64,000 nt of DNA from Isurus oxyrinchus. Lineage: Eukaryota. The stretch spans positions 3,658,001 to 3,722,000 of the forward strand of contig JANJGN010000034.1 of NCBI GenBank assembly GCA_026770705.1, read 5' to 3'. Below the pieces are notes generated by a model. That model had not been told where the DNA came from. It made no database searches and saw only the letters and a list, made by a program, of their open reading frames with translations. Both the position numbers and the translations under genes were made by a program. This document shows, in pieces, positions 56,301 through 63,965 of the stretch. Positions within the stretch are counted from its first letter, which is position 1; the number at the start of each line of letters is the position of its first letter.

Positions 56301-59300
56301 GTGTTAGGTTCACACTACCTAATAACGTTCGCCTGACAAGGCGTATATAGTTTCTACATTCCACATTTGAAACACTAATTAAATATTAAAATTCTGTATC
56401 AGTTGAAAAGTCAGCTTTCTTTTCTCTATTCCATTCTCCGGCACCGAAATTCAAATACTGTCTTAACCTTTTGTGTTACTGGGCAATGCCAGTTGCGATG
56501 GGACTGAGTAGCTGCAGGCTGGAATGCCCAGTTTCACCTGTTGCTAAGTTCCAAGCGATACATTCCTGTGTAAAGAATTCATACGGTGGAAAGTCAATAC
56601 CAACTCCAAATCCGCAAGTCCCCTACTCGACTTTTGGTGATCATTGCTTCCATACAATTTGCATCTATCCTCGTCCATAGCCTCGTTATCAGCACTTACC
56701 CGGCCTCTGCCGCCCAATACACTCACATAGAAACCCTTTCCAGAAGTCGATTTTTTTTTAGTTCTGGTCCAGTTTTCTTCAGCGTGGCTGTTGTGAAAAT
56801 AATTTGAAGAAACCGGCACAACACGCAGCTATTCAAACAGTTGAAACATACATGAAGTGTTCTTGCTCTCATCTGATTCTGTGACCATTGAACTGTTGTT
56901 TACGGTAATTGTGTAACATAAACGCACTTCTATCTTGATTTCTTATTGTTGGCAGTTACAGTGACTGGTTCGTGAAAGCCAGCTAAGCTATCCAGTTACG
57001 TTACAATGACTGGTAACTAACGCATGTACAATTGCCCCGGAATTGCCAGGAAGTGAACATTTGTTTCCATGATACTTTTCCTAATCAGCCTAGGGAATAA
57101 ACGTCAATTGTGTTTTTTTTAAAAGGATAGATTTATCAATTATATGTATAGTCTTGTCTATCAGTAGTAAAGGATTTAGCGATTGAAAATAACTGAGCAT
57201 GCGCGGTAATCAAGCCATTTTCCACTGGGCTAAAAATAATAATAAATCGAAAGGGACATATGATATAAACCAGCAGACCGATCTTCCCTCTGATGATATT
57301 TTGGCGACTACTGCATTATTGTTAAAATAGCACGGAAACTAAACTTATTTTACTTCCTATTAATTGTGGACCAGTGTCAGGAAGTACCTTTCTCTTTTTG
57401 TTTCAACTTTTCTTCTGTGAGGGAAAAGCTTTAGTACATTGAACTGTATAAAAAAAATCGTCTCCAAAGTTTTCTGAAGTTGTGATGGCAAATTCTTAAT
57501 TTCGTGATATTTGACACATGCATGACAACATTCAACTTGATTTCATTATTCGTCACAACAATAATGACACAGCCTGAGAACTGGTGTGACGGAGGCCTGG
57601 GTACAGTCTAAAAGCAGCGACAGCTGAGTCAATGTGGAAAACAGGGATACAGCTCTGATATTCAACGGTAGCAGTGAATGGCGACAGATGAGGTTGGAGA
57701 CGGTTTGCAGCTGAAACTCTAACGAACTCCAACAAAAGCATAATTAATGAGACAGCTTGCCTGTGTTCACATTCTGCTTTACGGCAGGCGCCCAAACACC
57801 AAATGTGGCGATATAAGGGTTGTGTGGCCGTTTCCATGCGGCAATGTCAAGGAGGACTGATAGTGTAAAGAAGGAAATGCCAGAAGCAAGAGCATATACA
57901 AGTGAAAAACAGACAGTGTTTGGCGAAGTATACATGGCCAGAAGTGGCGGGATGATGGTTTTGGTGGCCTAAAATGTTATTTCCATTCTGTTCCGTGTCG
58001 TGTTGAAATACAAGCAAGGATAAAGACGGTAACAGCCTGCTGCCGGTTAAGCTGATGCCAGACACTCAGCGAGCGCGTGACTGGATCGGGAATGTGACGT
58101 CGGACATTATAGAAAATGACCCCAAATCGATCTTTAGATAAAACATGGCCAAGAAATCATTGGTGCTTTCCGATTGGAGCAATACATTTTCTGGCCATCA
58201 TGGAACAATAAACGAACAAACAGCTTCAAAGGAACAGCAAGTACTTTCCTTACCTAACTCCGCGGCAAATATTTCAACTAATTGTGCAACACAGACATAT
58301 AGAATTTTCAGTTATAGTTACATCAGCATTAATTGTATCAGCTTTACTTCTTTAAAATGAGTTAAGCGGCATTTTATTTTTTAAATAAAAATAAACGCTT
58401 GCATTGTTTTGGCTACTTTCCATCATCCAAATATGTAAACAATAATTCCCTAGAAATAAATTGTTTTGAAATGTAGATTACACTCTGAATTTTCACGAGA
58501 CCCATTATTCATAAAATGCATTAATACCAAGCAGCAGTGAGCCATTGAGATTCCACTAAGTAAGTCTGAATATGGCACAGACATGAGTGCAAGTTTTCAG
58601 ATTAAAAAAAAAACATTGCAATGGCATTGAAAAATAAATGCTCTCAAAAATCGAATTTGATGTTCATAGAAATATTTAAGGTCACTTGAAACTGTTTTTA
58701 CGTGTTATTGGAGAAATATGTGCAATGAATCATAACCACGTGTTAAATGTTAAATATTGTACACAATTGAATTGCTTCACTACTTTACCGTTGTCTTTTT
58801 CTGCCAGTTTTCCTTCTGATGGGTAGAAAATACATTTGCAGAGAATTTCCTGTTAAGGAAAGCTACTTGCAATCCAATGAATCGATAAATTGTCATATGT
58901 TCAAAAATGTTATTGCATCAGTAACTGTACAGCAGCTTATTAGGAAACGTCTTCATCGTTTCATTGTTATATGCTGTTTTTGCATGATTATCTTGCGTAT
59001 TGTACAGTTACAGAAAACAATGTTAACTTCGTGATGTGCCGTGAGTTTACAAAATCATAGTCAACAGGTTCAAAACATATTTATTTTCTATTATTTTCTT
59101 AACCTGCTTGCAATTATAATAACTGGATTAACAAGAATAAATTAAAACATGTTTATAGATTGTTGCTCACCTAAGTCTCTTACTGATATTTTGCATGTAT
59201 TGAGTTCTGGTCCAGAGGAAAAGAGATTACTTTGTATGTCAATTGAACCTAAGATTCTTATGCTACAAAAAAAATATGGCTTTCCAAAATTCTACATTTT

Positions 59301-61554
59301 TTTTGTAATTTAAAACGCAGAAACAATGATTTTTTTCGACGTTTGTTTTCCCTTGCAGTGTCGTTTTTATACTCTCCTTAAAAATATATTTTCAACGTAC
59401 CAGCATACCCATCCAGTCAATCCTTGACCTCTTACATGTAGCAATGTTATCCTCCAAGAATCCAGGAGTCATGATGACAAATTCTTACATCTTTCGTGGT
59501 GTTTTAAACATCAATGGGAATGTGCATTCTGATTTATTTGTCGTAATTACCACATTAAGGTTACAGCCTAGCAGCTGCGGTGGCAAGAGATCTGATAGAG
59601 AAAAACTGCCGGGACAGCGGAGTGACTGTGGGCATGAGGGGGGTAGCTCAGAGATTAAAGTGCAGCAGCGTTTGTGGTAGATTTGGGTGGGCACTGAGCT
59701 CAAATCCAGTTGAGTTGAAAAGGATGATAGAGATTGCAATGGACACAAAAACAAAGCAAAATATGTAAAACAGTCATCTCGGGATACCAATAGAGAAAGA
59801 GGCGATTTCTTATGATTGCTGGCTCGACATCATGCTTATTATCAGTTGAAATACAGCATTTTTGATTGACCTATTTTATTAATAAGTGACTGTCTTAAAC
59901 TTGCATTCGAAAATATTCTTCACCCAACAGAGGCAAAGATGTGTTCTCGCTCACCATTGTATAAGACGCAAGGAAAGGATACCTGCCAGTAATAACTTAT
60001 CGCACAATATGATTAATTCTGCATTATCTACCATGCCCCACCCCCGCATCTATCCCCATGACGTGCAAACCCTTTGCACAAAATAGACATTTTAACCATG
60101 AGCTGTAATGAAAACTGAGGTTTCTCCATATACAGGAGAAGCTAAATATAATATCTACACGTATACACTTGTATCACCCTAATTTGATTTTGGCTGAATG
60201 TCTTCAATTAAGAATAGACCTTATTTATGTGAGAATATTGACCTGCTTTTATTAATCTCTACTATCAATCTTCCTTTGTTCGTCAATTTATTCAGAGAAG
60301 AGTAACCATTTCACCTTGAAACCTGAACTCGGCCAACCAGTTTGCCTTATTTTGATAAGTCCGGAAATTCCCCACAAATAAACACTGCCAGAGCACTTTA
60401 CGTTTTTTAAAAAAATCATGATGTTCTCCTGATAAGTCCTAAAATTGCTGTATTCTGAAATTATACAATAACATATCCTTTTAGATTCTATGGGAAATGC
60501 CAGTCCCAGCCCCCGTCCTTTACAATTATCTGGCCGTAAAGTACAGATTCAAAAAAACGCCACAAGTCACACATTCATCTTAGCACTCTGTAGAAGGTGA
60601 ACTCTTCGTCTCAGTATCACTGAAGTCCATCTTTTTTTTTCTGACGTTGGTGTTCCTCGACCTGTAACGCCACTGCATTTTCTAAACGCTATTTCTACAC
60701 CCAACGGTGATTTAGCCTTACCATACCAATATTAAGGCGTTGATTTAATCTATTATAAGCAATGTGATATTTTTTTATTCGTGGAGCAGAGGGCTAAAGG
60801 ACATTTACATAACGAAGAAGCTGAGGGACCGACACATTATTCGATCCATAATGAAAATGTCAACCCTACAAATTCATGTGGGCATTAGCAACGCAAGCTA
60901 TATTTTCCACTCTGCATATTTTAGACACAGTACGACATATACAATGGTTACCAGATTTCCAGCGGTACCATCTAATTTTTCAATGGATGAACAACTTAGA
61001 GCAGAAAATAAAGCAGCAATTTTAGGAAGTCGACTATCTAATGAAACAAACGATCACACTGCAATAATTTATATGGTTGGATTCTAAAAAATAACCACTA
61101 TGCAGCCGACAATGTTTTGCCTCCACTGCTTCTTTTTTTAGTAGCAGCCTTTTACCTCTACAAAACTTGGCTTTCCCATGAGTTGGGTCTCTTGACAATC
61201 CAGGTTTTCCGCCCAACCAGCGCCTACAACTCCTGAGTGACATGCTTTGAAATTGCCTTTCTTGTGCCATAGATCTCCCCCTTCCTTAAAACGTTTCTTT
61301 ACAGCGAATTCTTCTGTCAAGTTTCTTATATGTGTTCTGTTCTATCAGAGCTGCATTAATGTCAGAGCCTTAATTCTTGGTGCTTTCTTGCTCATGAAAC
61401 CTTCTGGTGTACTGTTTTAAATGCTTATTTTTGCATTCGGTCTTTTTCAGTTCCAACTTTCTACAAAGAGAGCATGCCTACGTTTTCAATTCGATAAACG
61501 AGCATAGCGGTGGAATGAACCCCCTACCTTTTCTTACTGCATCTATTGTTTCCG
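5299..61554 (-). CDS. Partial multi-exon gene (or two tandem paralogs) built from alternating 36-nt/27-nt phase-1 microexons encoding a Cys-containing coiled coil; ends not identified
   Basis: Over 20 segments flanked by AG and GT, with lengths 27 or 36 (two of 24), all ending in G and stop-free in phase 1. They share motifs (36: xLxxCxxx[LIV]xxL; 27: Exx[LI]xxxxx). Spliced in order: AETIDAVRK-ELNTCKISVRDL-EGKLAEKDN-(VEIFAAEL)-EEKLKQKEK-EVNLEATGK-ELTNGKDVVKRL-EGTIHEVRR-ELAKCNESIKDL-EGKLEENVN // VKKLEGKDK-EIAKCQGSLQEL-ENRLQAKDK-DYAKCLETLKEL-EAKLKVKDK-GIANCQELIKEL-EKKQEEKAN-(AGIEIHYLNWQL)-(ELKQIQIE)-ESLLETIEK-DEKIRGLKG-ELANCQKTLKKI-EEKLKSKET-ELADCISTSQGF. Confidence 0.8.
5841..5867 (-). CDS. 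27-nt microexon, (E)EKLKSKET
   Basis: ctttcacttcacag|aagaaaagttaaaatcaaaggaaacag|gtgatt; close paralog of 57388-57414. Confidence 0.78.
6445..7010 (-). mobile_element. Old CR1 LINE 3' fragment
   Basis: Begins ataagaaataggagc... like a reversed CR1 3' end; ORF 6666-6929 has LKRLAWKKMFPLIGES, resembling the CR1 RT C-terminus. Confidence 0.6.
10185..10910 (+). mobile_element. Decayed CR1-group (Zenon-like) LINE fragment
   Basis: NNLLTDxQxGxR and QGSVxxxIIFSC-like RT remnants, followed by the family 3' tail (ggactgcagcggtccaagatggaggctc...atgggcaata). Confidence 0.72.
13982..14017 (-). CDS. 36-nt microexon, (E)LANCQKTLKKI
   Basis: ctctttttttctgcccag|aattagccaactgccaaaaaaccttaaagaaaatag|gtaagt; strong consensus splice sites. 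Confidence 0.85.
14640..14762. mobile_element. Short inverted pair of Penelope terminus fragments
   Basis: aaatccaaaacaaaaaatgctggaacaactc...gttatcgtttcgactc followed by the reverse-oriented cagatttccagcatcagcagtattttg; both match the terminus at 39465-39575. Confidence 0.6.
16100..17280 (-). mobile_element. Old CR1 LINE remnants
   Basis: ORF 16229-16603 ends in CVHARGMPNK, resembling the CR1 ORF2 start (xNARSIRNK); heavily decayed. Confidence 0.45.
17317..17343 (-). CDS. 27-nt microexon, (D)EKIRGLKG
   Basis: actctcaaacag|atgagaaaatacgtgggctaaagggag|gtacgt. Confidence 0.65.
17900..18480 (-). mobile_element. Decayed CR1-group (Zenon-like) LINE fragment
   Basis: Collinear similarity to 3100-3700. 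Confidence 0.55.
19762..20036 (-). mobile_element. tRNA-headed SINE (decayed)
   Basis: ttcattgaattcaaatttcaccatctg...agagcattaccctaggtctct...gtgacaatacca matches the copies at 35400-35783 and 36688-37075. Confidence 0.65.
21009..21035 (-). CDS. 27-nt microexon, (E)SLLETIEK
   Basis: gctgtctgttgcag|agtcattgttggaaacgatcgagaaag|gtactt. Confidence 0.72.
21833..21856 (-). CDS. Candidate 24-nt microexon, (E)LKQIQIE (shortened 36-type?)
   Basis: gaacccag|agctgaaacaaattcaaattgaag|gtaacc; phase-1 symmetric, weak pyrimidine tract. Confidence 0.45.
22192..22227 (-). CDS. Candidate divergent 36-nt microexon, (A)GIEIHYLNWQL
   Basis: aaagccag|ctggtattgaaatacattatttgaactggcaattag|gtaaaa; exact length and family ttag|gt end, no Cys, weak acceptor. 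Confidence 0.4.
22376..22402 (-). CDS. 27-nt microexon, (E)KKQEEKAN
   Basis: cttgttaatag|aaaaaaagcaggaagaaaaagctaatg|gtaaac; flanks homologous to the 26591, 28230 and 29953 exons. Confidence 0.72.
22800..22835 (-). CDS. 36-nt microexon, (G)IANCQELIKEL
   Basis: tttgtctgtgttccag|gaatagcgaattgccaagaattgattaaagagttag|gtgagt. Confidence 0.85.
23848..24600 (+). mobile_element. Probable PIF/Harbinger-derived remnant
   Basis: Terminus ggggctgaattttacgc; ORF 24219-24578 ends YTTLRVYRQCYCNL, resembling the N-terminal region of Harbinger transposases; recognition only. Confidence 0.45.
24935..25955. mobile_element. Two old Penelope 3' ends in inverted orientation
   Basis: 24935-25445 minus (ttgaactcattatttcgtgccgaattttgtgaagtgcc matches the GIY-YIG end); about 25465-25955 plus encodes LRLGAL*PPSLNNEFSNF (cf. 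FRLGTLQPSGLNIEFNNF) and then the terminus. Confidence 0.7.
26591..26617 (-). CDS. 27-nt microexon, (E)AKLKVKDK
   Basis: gatgattaacag|aagcaaagctgaaagtcaaagacaaag|gtaaac. Confidence 0.8.
26853..26888 (-). CDS. 36-nt microexon, (D)YAKCLETLKEL
   Basis: ttgtcttcgatccag|attatgctaagtgcctagaaacattgaaagaattgg|gtgagt. Confidence 0.85.
28230..28256 (-). CDS. 27-nt microexon, (E)NRLQAKDK
   Basis: tttttctaccgaacag|aaaacaggttgcaagccaaagacaaag|gtacac. Confidence 0.8.
28657..28692 (-). CDS. 36-nt microexon, (E)IAKCQGSLQEL
   Basis: gtctccaacacag|aaatagccaaatgccaagggtcgctgcaggaattag|gtgagt. Confidence 0.85.
29953..29979 (-). CDS. 27-nt microexon, (V)KKLEGKDK
   Basis: gttttctgcctaacag|taaaaaagcttgaaggcaaagacaaag|gtaatt. 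Confidence 0.8.
30168..30197 (-). pseudogene. Eroded 36-type pseudo-exon
   Basis: ...aaatgccaatgaaatcaggaaactg|gttagt at the position expected from the tandem unit; KCQ followed by a stop, no AG acceptor. Confidence 0.4.
30420..31240 (+). mobile_element. Old CR1 LINE remnants
   Basis: IIGVTEIWL-like APE motif near 30470-30500, followed by decayed RT-like sequence. Confidence 0.45.
31627..31662 (-). pseudogene. Possible eroded 36-type pseudo-exon, xQTVCKENLDRL
   Basis: Keeps the C5/L9/L12 register of the family; the donor reads ctgact instead of gtgagt. Confidence 0.3.
32380..32912 (-). mobile_element. Penelope-derived mini-element: internal pre-RT fragment between inverted termini
   Basis: Minus strand encodes PDIVLKRSDKGGAVVV*RKGLYLVETKSQLSDTS (Penelope DKG motif); left caggtctggcagcatctg and right agatgctgccaga are inverted. 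Confidence 0.75.
35275..35995. mobile_element. Inverted Penelope termini (about 35275-35392 minus; about 35895-35995 plus) with hammerhead relics, interrupted by a SINE
   Basis: gttctgttgaagaatcattcggactcgagatgttaac (plus, about 35897-35933); its inverted counterpart gttaatatttcgagttgaatacgactcttattccgaac near 35355-35391. Confidence 0.65.
35400..35783 (-). mobile_element. tRNA-headed SINE with LINE-derived 3' tail
   Basis: A-box TGGCATAGTGG and B-box-like GGTTCAAAT on minus; tail ggatgtgggcattgct...ggccagcatttgttgtgcatccc. Confidence 0.75.
36688..37075 (+). mobile_element. tRNA-headed SINE with LINE-derived 3' tail
   Basis: Full-length decayed copy: ...aaaaacgcatctggttcac...atgtggttgactctt...acgacgccgacatcccatgaa. 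Confidence 0.75.
39561..39599 (-). ncRNA. Minimal type-I hammerhead ribozyme motif (Penelope-associated)
   Basis: agtt-CTGTCGA-a-gggtc-atgaa-gactc-GAA-ACGT-C-aact: stem I agtt/aact, 5-bp stem II, palindromic ACGT stem III; the core has U in place of A6. Confidence 0.7.
39622..39781. other. Assembly gap (160 N)
   Basis: Run of N. Confidence 1.
40066..41055 (-). CDS. Penelope ORF C-terminal part: RT C-terminus/thumb + linker + GIY-YIG endonuclease
   Basis: Stop-free frame PSIIFTWS...LPFLDL...YKPTDSHSYL...CPRKRCNTC...NLVYCIRCSQCGLLYIGETKRKLGDRFAEHL...GLNIEFNNFRS. Confidence 0.93.
   Translation of the reverse strand, partial: PSIIFTWSISDTSLPFLDLSVSISGDRLSTNIHYKPTDSHSYLDYSSSHPASCKDSIPFSQFLRLRRICSDDATFKNSSSDMSSFFLNRGFPPTVVDRALNRVRPISRASALTPSPPSQKHDRVPLVLTYHPTSLRIQRIILRHFRQLQHDATTKHIFPSPPLSAFRRDRSLRDTLVHSSITPYSSTPSYGTTPCPRKRCNTCPFTSSLLTVQGPKHSFQVKQHFTCISPNLVYCIRCSQCGLLYIGETKRKLGDRFAEHLRSVRKNDPNLPVACHFNTPPCSLAHMSVLGLLHCSSEAQRKLEEQHLIFRLGTLQPSGLNIEFNNFRS
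49000..49075. repeat. Degenerate (ATT)n low-complexity tract
   Basis: cattattattattaatattgttattattattatcatcatt... Confidence 0.8.
50412..50438 (-). CDS. 27-nt microexon, (E)GKLEENVN
   Basis: ctcttcctcctaccag|aaggaaaacttgaagaaaacgtcaatg|gtaatg; paralog of 58789-58815. Confidence 0.82.
50842..50877 (-). CDS. 36-nt microexon, (E)LAKCNESIKDL
   Basis: tttttttgttgttgcag|aattagccaagtgcaacgaatcgataaaagatttag|gtaaga. Confidence 0.87.
52606..52763. other. Assembly gap (158 N)
   Basis: Run of N. Confidence 1.
52828..52854 (-). CDS. 27-nt microexon, (E)GTIHEVRR
   Basis: ttgccttcaacag|agggcacaatccatgaagtcagaagag|gtaggt; paralog of 61528-61554. Confidence 0.75.
54737..54772 (-). CDS. 36-nt microexon, (E)LTNGKDVVKRL
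   Basis: gttctcttacag|agttgacaaatggaaaagatgtggtcaagaggttag|gtgaga; Gly at the Cys position. Confidence 0.8.
55882..55908 (-). CDS. 27-nt microexon, (E)VNLEATGK
   Basis: gcttcagaatag|aagtaaatttagaagcaaccggaaaag|gtgaac; a competing out-of-frame AG lies 5 nt upstream. Confidence 0.6.
56727..56763 (-). pseudogene. 37-nt frameshifted 36-type exon containing an A9 run
   Basis: ctggaccag|aactaaaaaaaaatcgacttctggaaagggtttctat|gtgagt; acceptor context identical to the 59171-59206 exon (ctggaccag|aact). Confidence 0.5.
57388..57414 (-). CDS. 27-nt microexon, (E)EKLKQKEK
   Basis: cttttccctcacag|aagaaaagttgaaacaaaaagagaaag|gtactt. Confidence 0.82.
57560..58110 (-). mobile_element. Probable old L2-type LINE remnant
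   Basis: Weak resemblance to the L2 endonuclease/linker region; a similar remnant lies at about 59560-59760. Confidence 0.35.
58254..58283 (-). CDS. Variant 36-type exon: 30 nt with a CAC (dead) acceptor, or 24 nt via an in-frame TAG, (V)EIFAAEL
   Basis: tgtctgtgttgcac/aattag|ttgaaatatttgccgcggagttag|gtaagg. Confidence 0.5.
58789..58815 (-). CDS. 27-nt microexon, (E)GKLAEKDN
   Basis: ttttctacccatcag|aaggaaaactggcagaaaaagacaacg|gtaaag. Confidence 0.82.
59171..59206 (-). CDS. 36-nt microexon, (E)LNTCKISVRDL
   Basis: cttttcctctggaccag|aactcaatacatgcaaaatatcagtaagagacttag|gtgagc. Confidence 0.85.
61528..61554 (-). CDS. 27-nt microexon, (A)ETIDAVRK
   Basis: cttgtctttaacag|cggaaacaatagatgcagtaagaaaag|gtaggg. 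Confidence 0.78.
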
Positions 61555-63928
61555 CTGTTAAAGACAAGTAAAACAATACGTGATTGAGTACCACAAAGCA
61601 TAATTTAAATATCGGACAGTTACTAAATGTTCTTAAAGCTGCAAACAGCAGCCCTGGTTAATGCTGTAAGATACAACCACACAGTTTGAAATATTCTGCA
61701 ACGAATAATGAATACTGAAATTTTGCACCTTTTTTGCTTTTTCGTTCTTATTAAACTAATTACTTCAGTTTATATTGACGATTGTTATATCTTATATTTT
61801 CCATTGGGAACACACATATTGAACAGCAAAAACCGAGGATGATTGCAAAAAATACAATATCCATATATATTAATACATTTGCAGAAGAGAAATGTAGAGG
61901 GAAAGTGAATATCAGGGCCAGTTACACTGAAGAGCCCCGTTTTCTTCATTGCAATAATGGGTCATATATAGTTTTCAACTTACGAATTTAAATTGAATAG
62001 TCTATCGAAAGCATGGGGGAATATAAATTTGCACGGGACTAAAAGTGCCGACACGGAGCAGTGTGAACATATAGAAACTACGGAATGCATGTGTTTAATT
62101 GATCGAGTGTGTAAGTGGACCTATGGAACGGATTTTTAGTTGTGACTTTAATAACTACTTTCATATTACATTCACTGTGGTTATCGCACAACAATATGCC
62201 TTCATCTTATACTAACACGAGCCAAAGGAGATAATTTGTACCCTGCCCTTTATAAACTAATCTGCGCTACTTAAGGCTTACTTCCTGATTTGCAACAACC
62301 AGATCAGTTGAATGAGAAATGGTTATCCGTGCAGTTATAACATTAAATATCATTTAGAACAAAAAATAAAGGGTCTGTTAAAAATTTACATTAGACCTTG
62401 TAAAAAAAACGTTCAATATGTCTGCTAAATACCAGATAGAACTGTGAAATTTAGACAGGGTCACTCTTCCAAGAGAACAAACGATAATGTTAATGGAACC
62501 ATTGCTCACAGGGCTTTTTCTTTTCTTTTCCCAGGCGAAAACAAATTTGGTTGATGCCTTATTATAAGAATGCAATTATGGATTGTCCTACTAAAACACA
62601 CAAAAAAGAGCTATAACTTGAAGAAGGGCCGATGAAGTGTCAATGTCTTGTGCGAGCTGTCCGAGCATTGTTATATCCTACTTGAAAAAAAGTGGTCATT
62701 TAAGCTTCCTGCCAATTGCTTTCTTAAAACAAGGAAACAGTGAGATCCACTTAAAACATCTTGAAGTGATTACAACCCTGAGATAAACAGTGAAATACGT
62801 TTATAAACAGCCGTGGTCTCTTCTGTAATCTGGCGATTTGAAAGAGTCCACGTTCAAAACCAGAAGAAAGGAAATTTCTCTCCTTCCAATGGCCCCTGAT
62901 TTCAGCTGCTAAAAGTCTCTCGAAAGTTTTGACTAGAAAGCTATCACAGTTGCAGAACCGGTGGTAGAGCCTCACGATCTATACTTTAGTCAATCTACAT
63001 CTCAACTTCAAAATAAATGGGGCCTGCACTTGCACTGACTATGGACCATTCTCTTTTTTAAGTTTATATCTATCGATGTATTACATTTTGAAGCTAATGT
63101 TTGTGTTTATTTGTCTTTATTTCTAAGTATAAAGAAAATGATGCTGTGTTATTTTATATTAAATCATTCACGCGACCGTTCTGAAATATTCATCCTTACA
63201 AATACACAATAGAGAAGCGACTCTGAGTGAAAAAAAAAAATCTAAAGCGCATCTGGCACTAATTAGTGCACTTTGGATAGTTTATAATGGAAACCTTGGT
63301 TATTAATCAAATCTTTATTTTATTAAGGCTGGATTATACTCAGAATCATTTATGCCTAAAAAAAAACATGCTGTTGTAAGTATATGCATTTGAGATCAAT
63401 CTCAAATCGGATACTATGTGATAGATCCGCGTCACTCTAGTTTGAAAAACGTTGAGATGAGATTGTGCAATTACTGTACAATTATGGAAAATCGGGTAAT
63501 AGTTAACACACAGTGACAATTTCTATTGTTGCATCTGATAGACAATGTACGCAAACAAATAAAACCCAATAAAAACTTCAATTATGCCTGTGGCCAATTG
63601 CAGAATTGCAACGGGTTCTATTCGACATAAGGTACTTTTACTTCCTAGCTTAAAAGTTGCATTTCCGGGAGACATTTTTGGCTACCAGTGCCCTGTTAAA
63701 AATAGATGGTATACCCTCTGCATGACATCTCACGTGGCAAATTCGAAGCACTTATCACTGTCAGCTTCGCCTGAGTCTGTAGATTTTGTCCTTTGTGAGC
63801 TGGCAAGGTTTCAATTAATCAGATTAGCTCTTTTACAATATTCCCTACTTAGTAAATATTCAACCTAAGACTTCTGCATCAGTAGAGGTGTGCATTAGTT
63901 TATAATTATATCTTGAAATAACGTTCAC

Positions 63929-63965
63929 CTAATTTGATCACTGAAGTCTCTTGATTTACTTAGTA
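63929..63965 (-). pseudogene. Damaged 36-type exon ending ...TSVIKL
   Basis: ...tcagtgatcaaattag|gtgaac; expected acceptor reads CAT (37 nt); an AAG would give an in-frame 30-nt exon (63929-63958). Confidence 0.45.

Noticed and set aside
56852-56878. 27-nt AG/GT segment (ESDESKNTS)
   Set aside because: Lacks the hydrophobic residue 4, ends in T rather than G, has a weak acceptor and breaks the alternation.
60661-60693. 33-nt segment EIAFRKCSGVT
   Set aside because: Weak donor and acceptor, Cys out of register.
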